A DNA stretch of 64,000 bases from Planctomycetota bacterium (GTDB lineage Bacteria > Planctomycetota > UBA1135 > UBA2386). Within the stretch, counting starts at the first letter, position 1. Each line of letters starts with the position of its first letter. This document shows positions 63,260 to 64,000 of this stretch, in pieces. The stretch lies in contig OZ245838.1 in the NCBI GenBank assembly GCA_965228735.1, positions 6,784,001 to 6,848,000 on the forward strand, read 5' to 3'. Position numbers and translations under genes: made by a program. Below the pieces are notes generated by a model. It had not been told where the DNA came from, ran no database searches, and saw only the letters and a program-made list of their open reading frames with translations.

Positions 63260-64000
63260 TCATGCTCGAGCCCAGCCGGTGGCGTGGCTCCACGATCCCG
63301 GTGGCTCGGCACCGCGCAGGGCCTCGGCGAGGGGCCGCAGGAACCGGACCAGCTCATGTCCCAGGTCCGTGAAGACCTGCGGAACGTCCCCGCCGGCTGC
63401 CACCGAACGGGAGTACGCGCGCCATCGCTGGTCCAGGACCGGGTCGGAGTAGAAGTCCGCGTCGAGGATCTCGTCGAGGTCGCCGAGGTCCGCGTCGCGT
63501 TGCGAGAAGGTCGCCCTTGCCGCGCGGCTGAGCAGCGCCCCATCGAACTCGCTGCGCCGGGCGAACGTGATCAGGTCACGGAAGTCTTTCATGCGGCTGT
63601 TGGCGCGTCCGAGCCGGACGATCGCCTCGAACTTCTCCGCGACGACGGTTTCGATCGGATACATGCGCAGACGCGGGGCAGGCAGTGGCAGCAGGGTCGG
63701 GAAGTCCCGGGCGCGAGGAGCCGGCGTGATCGCATCGCCGAAGCCGACATCGACCTGGAGGTGGATCCTGGCCTTGCCGAGGTATGCCGACAGCGTGATG
63801 CGCACGCCGCCATACTCCTGCACCGCGCGGATCTCGGCGGCCTCGACGGAGTCCTCGTCGAACTGCAGGGCGTCTTCGCTGCATGGTTGACGGCAGACCT
63901 CGCGGAAGACGTCGCGGAGGTGCTCAGGAGCGGTTTCGCCGAAGCCCTCGAGGTCGATGTCTCGGGTGGGGCGGTAGAGTTGGTCGGGCCAAAGCAGGAG
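63260..64000 (-). CDS. AbiEii/AbiGii nucleotidyltransferase toxin (type IV TA), start lies beyond the right edge
   Basis: LLLWPDQLYRPTRDIDL, LQVDVGFGD, ETVVAEKFEA and NSRMKDFRD. Confidence 0.85.
   Translation of the reverse strand, partial: LLLWPDQLYRPTRDIDLEGFGETAPEHLRDVFREVCRQPCSEDALQFDEDSVEAAEIRAVQEYGGVRITLSAYLGKARIHLQVDVGFGDAITPAPRARDFPTLLPLPAPRLRMYPIETVVAEKFEAIVRLGRANSRMKDFRDLITFARRSEFDGALLSRAARATFSQRDADLGDLDEILDADFYSDPVLDQRWRAYSRSVAAGGDVPQVFTDLGHELVRFLRPLAEALRGAEPPGSWSHATGWARA

Overview
Very GC-rich bacterial chromosome segment, most likely from a Planctomycetota (PVC superphylum) genome: it carries a PVC signature small basic protein, many TPR/HEAT lipoproteins and leaders with no Shine-Dalgarno sequence. 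Most of the window is core or housekeeping content: family-4 UDG, an aminotransferase, queE, pnp, feoAB, an ECF sigma/anti-sigma pair, an MFS transporter, rpmB, a sigma54 response regulator, an lpxH-like gene, abgT, a cmk-plsC fusion, rpsA, tyrS, aroK and tRNA-fMet. Four things stand out. (1) A family of 33-nt imperfect-palindromic intergenic repeats (REP/REPIN-like) appears as singlets, inverted doublets and a collapsed palindrome. (2) A complete endonuclease-less group II intron (54641-56632) is inserted exactly inside one copy of that repeat, and its putative EBS1 and EBS2 are perfectly complementary to the repeat, so it appears to retrohome into the repeat family. (3) An unannotated, strongly structured RNA of about 290 nt (38067-38356) has its own promoter, terminator and a C-rich anti-SD-like loop. 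(4) The edge of a probable genomic island follows tRNA-fMet, with a frameshifted integrase-core transposase and an AbiEii toxin. All calls come from reading the sequence; no searches were run.
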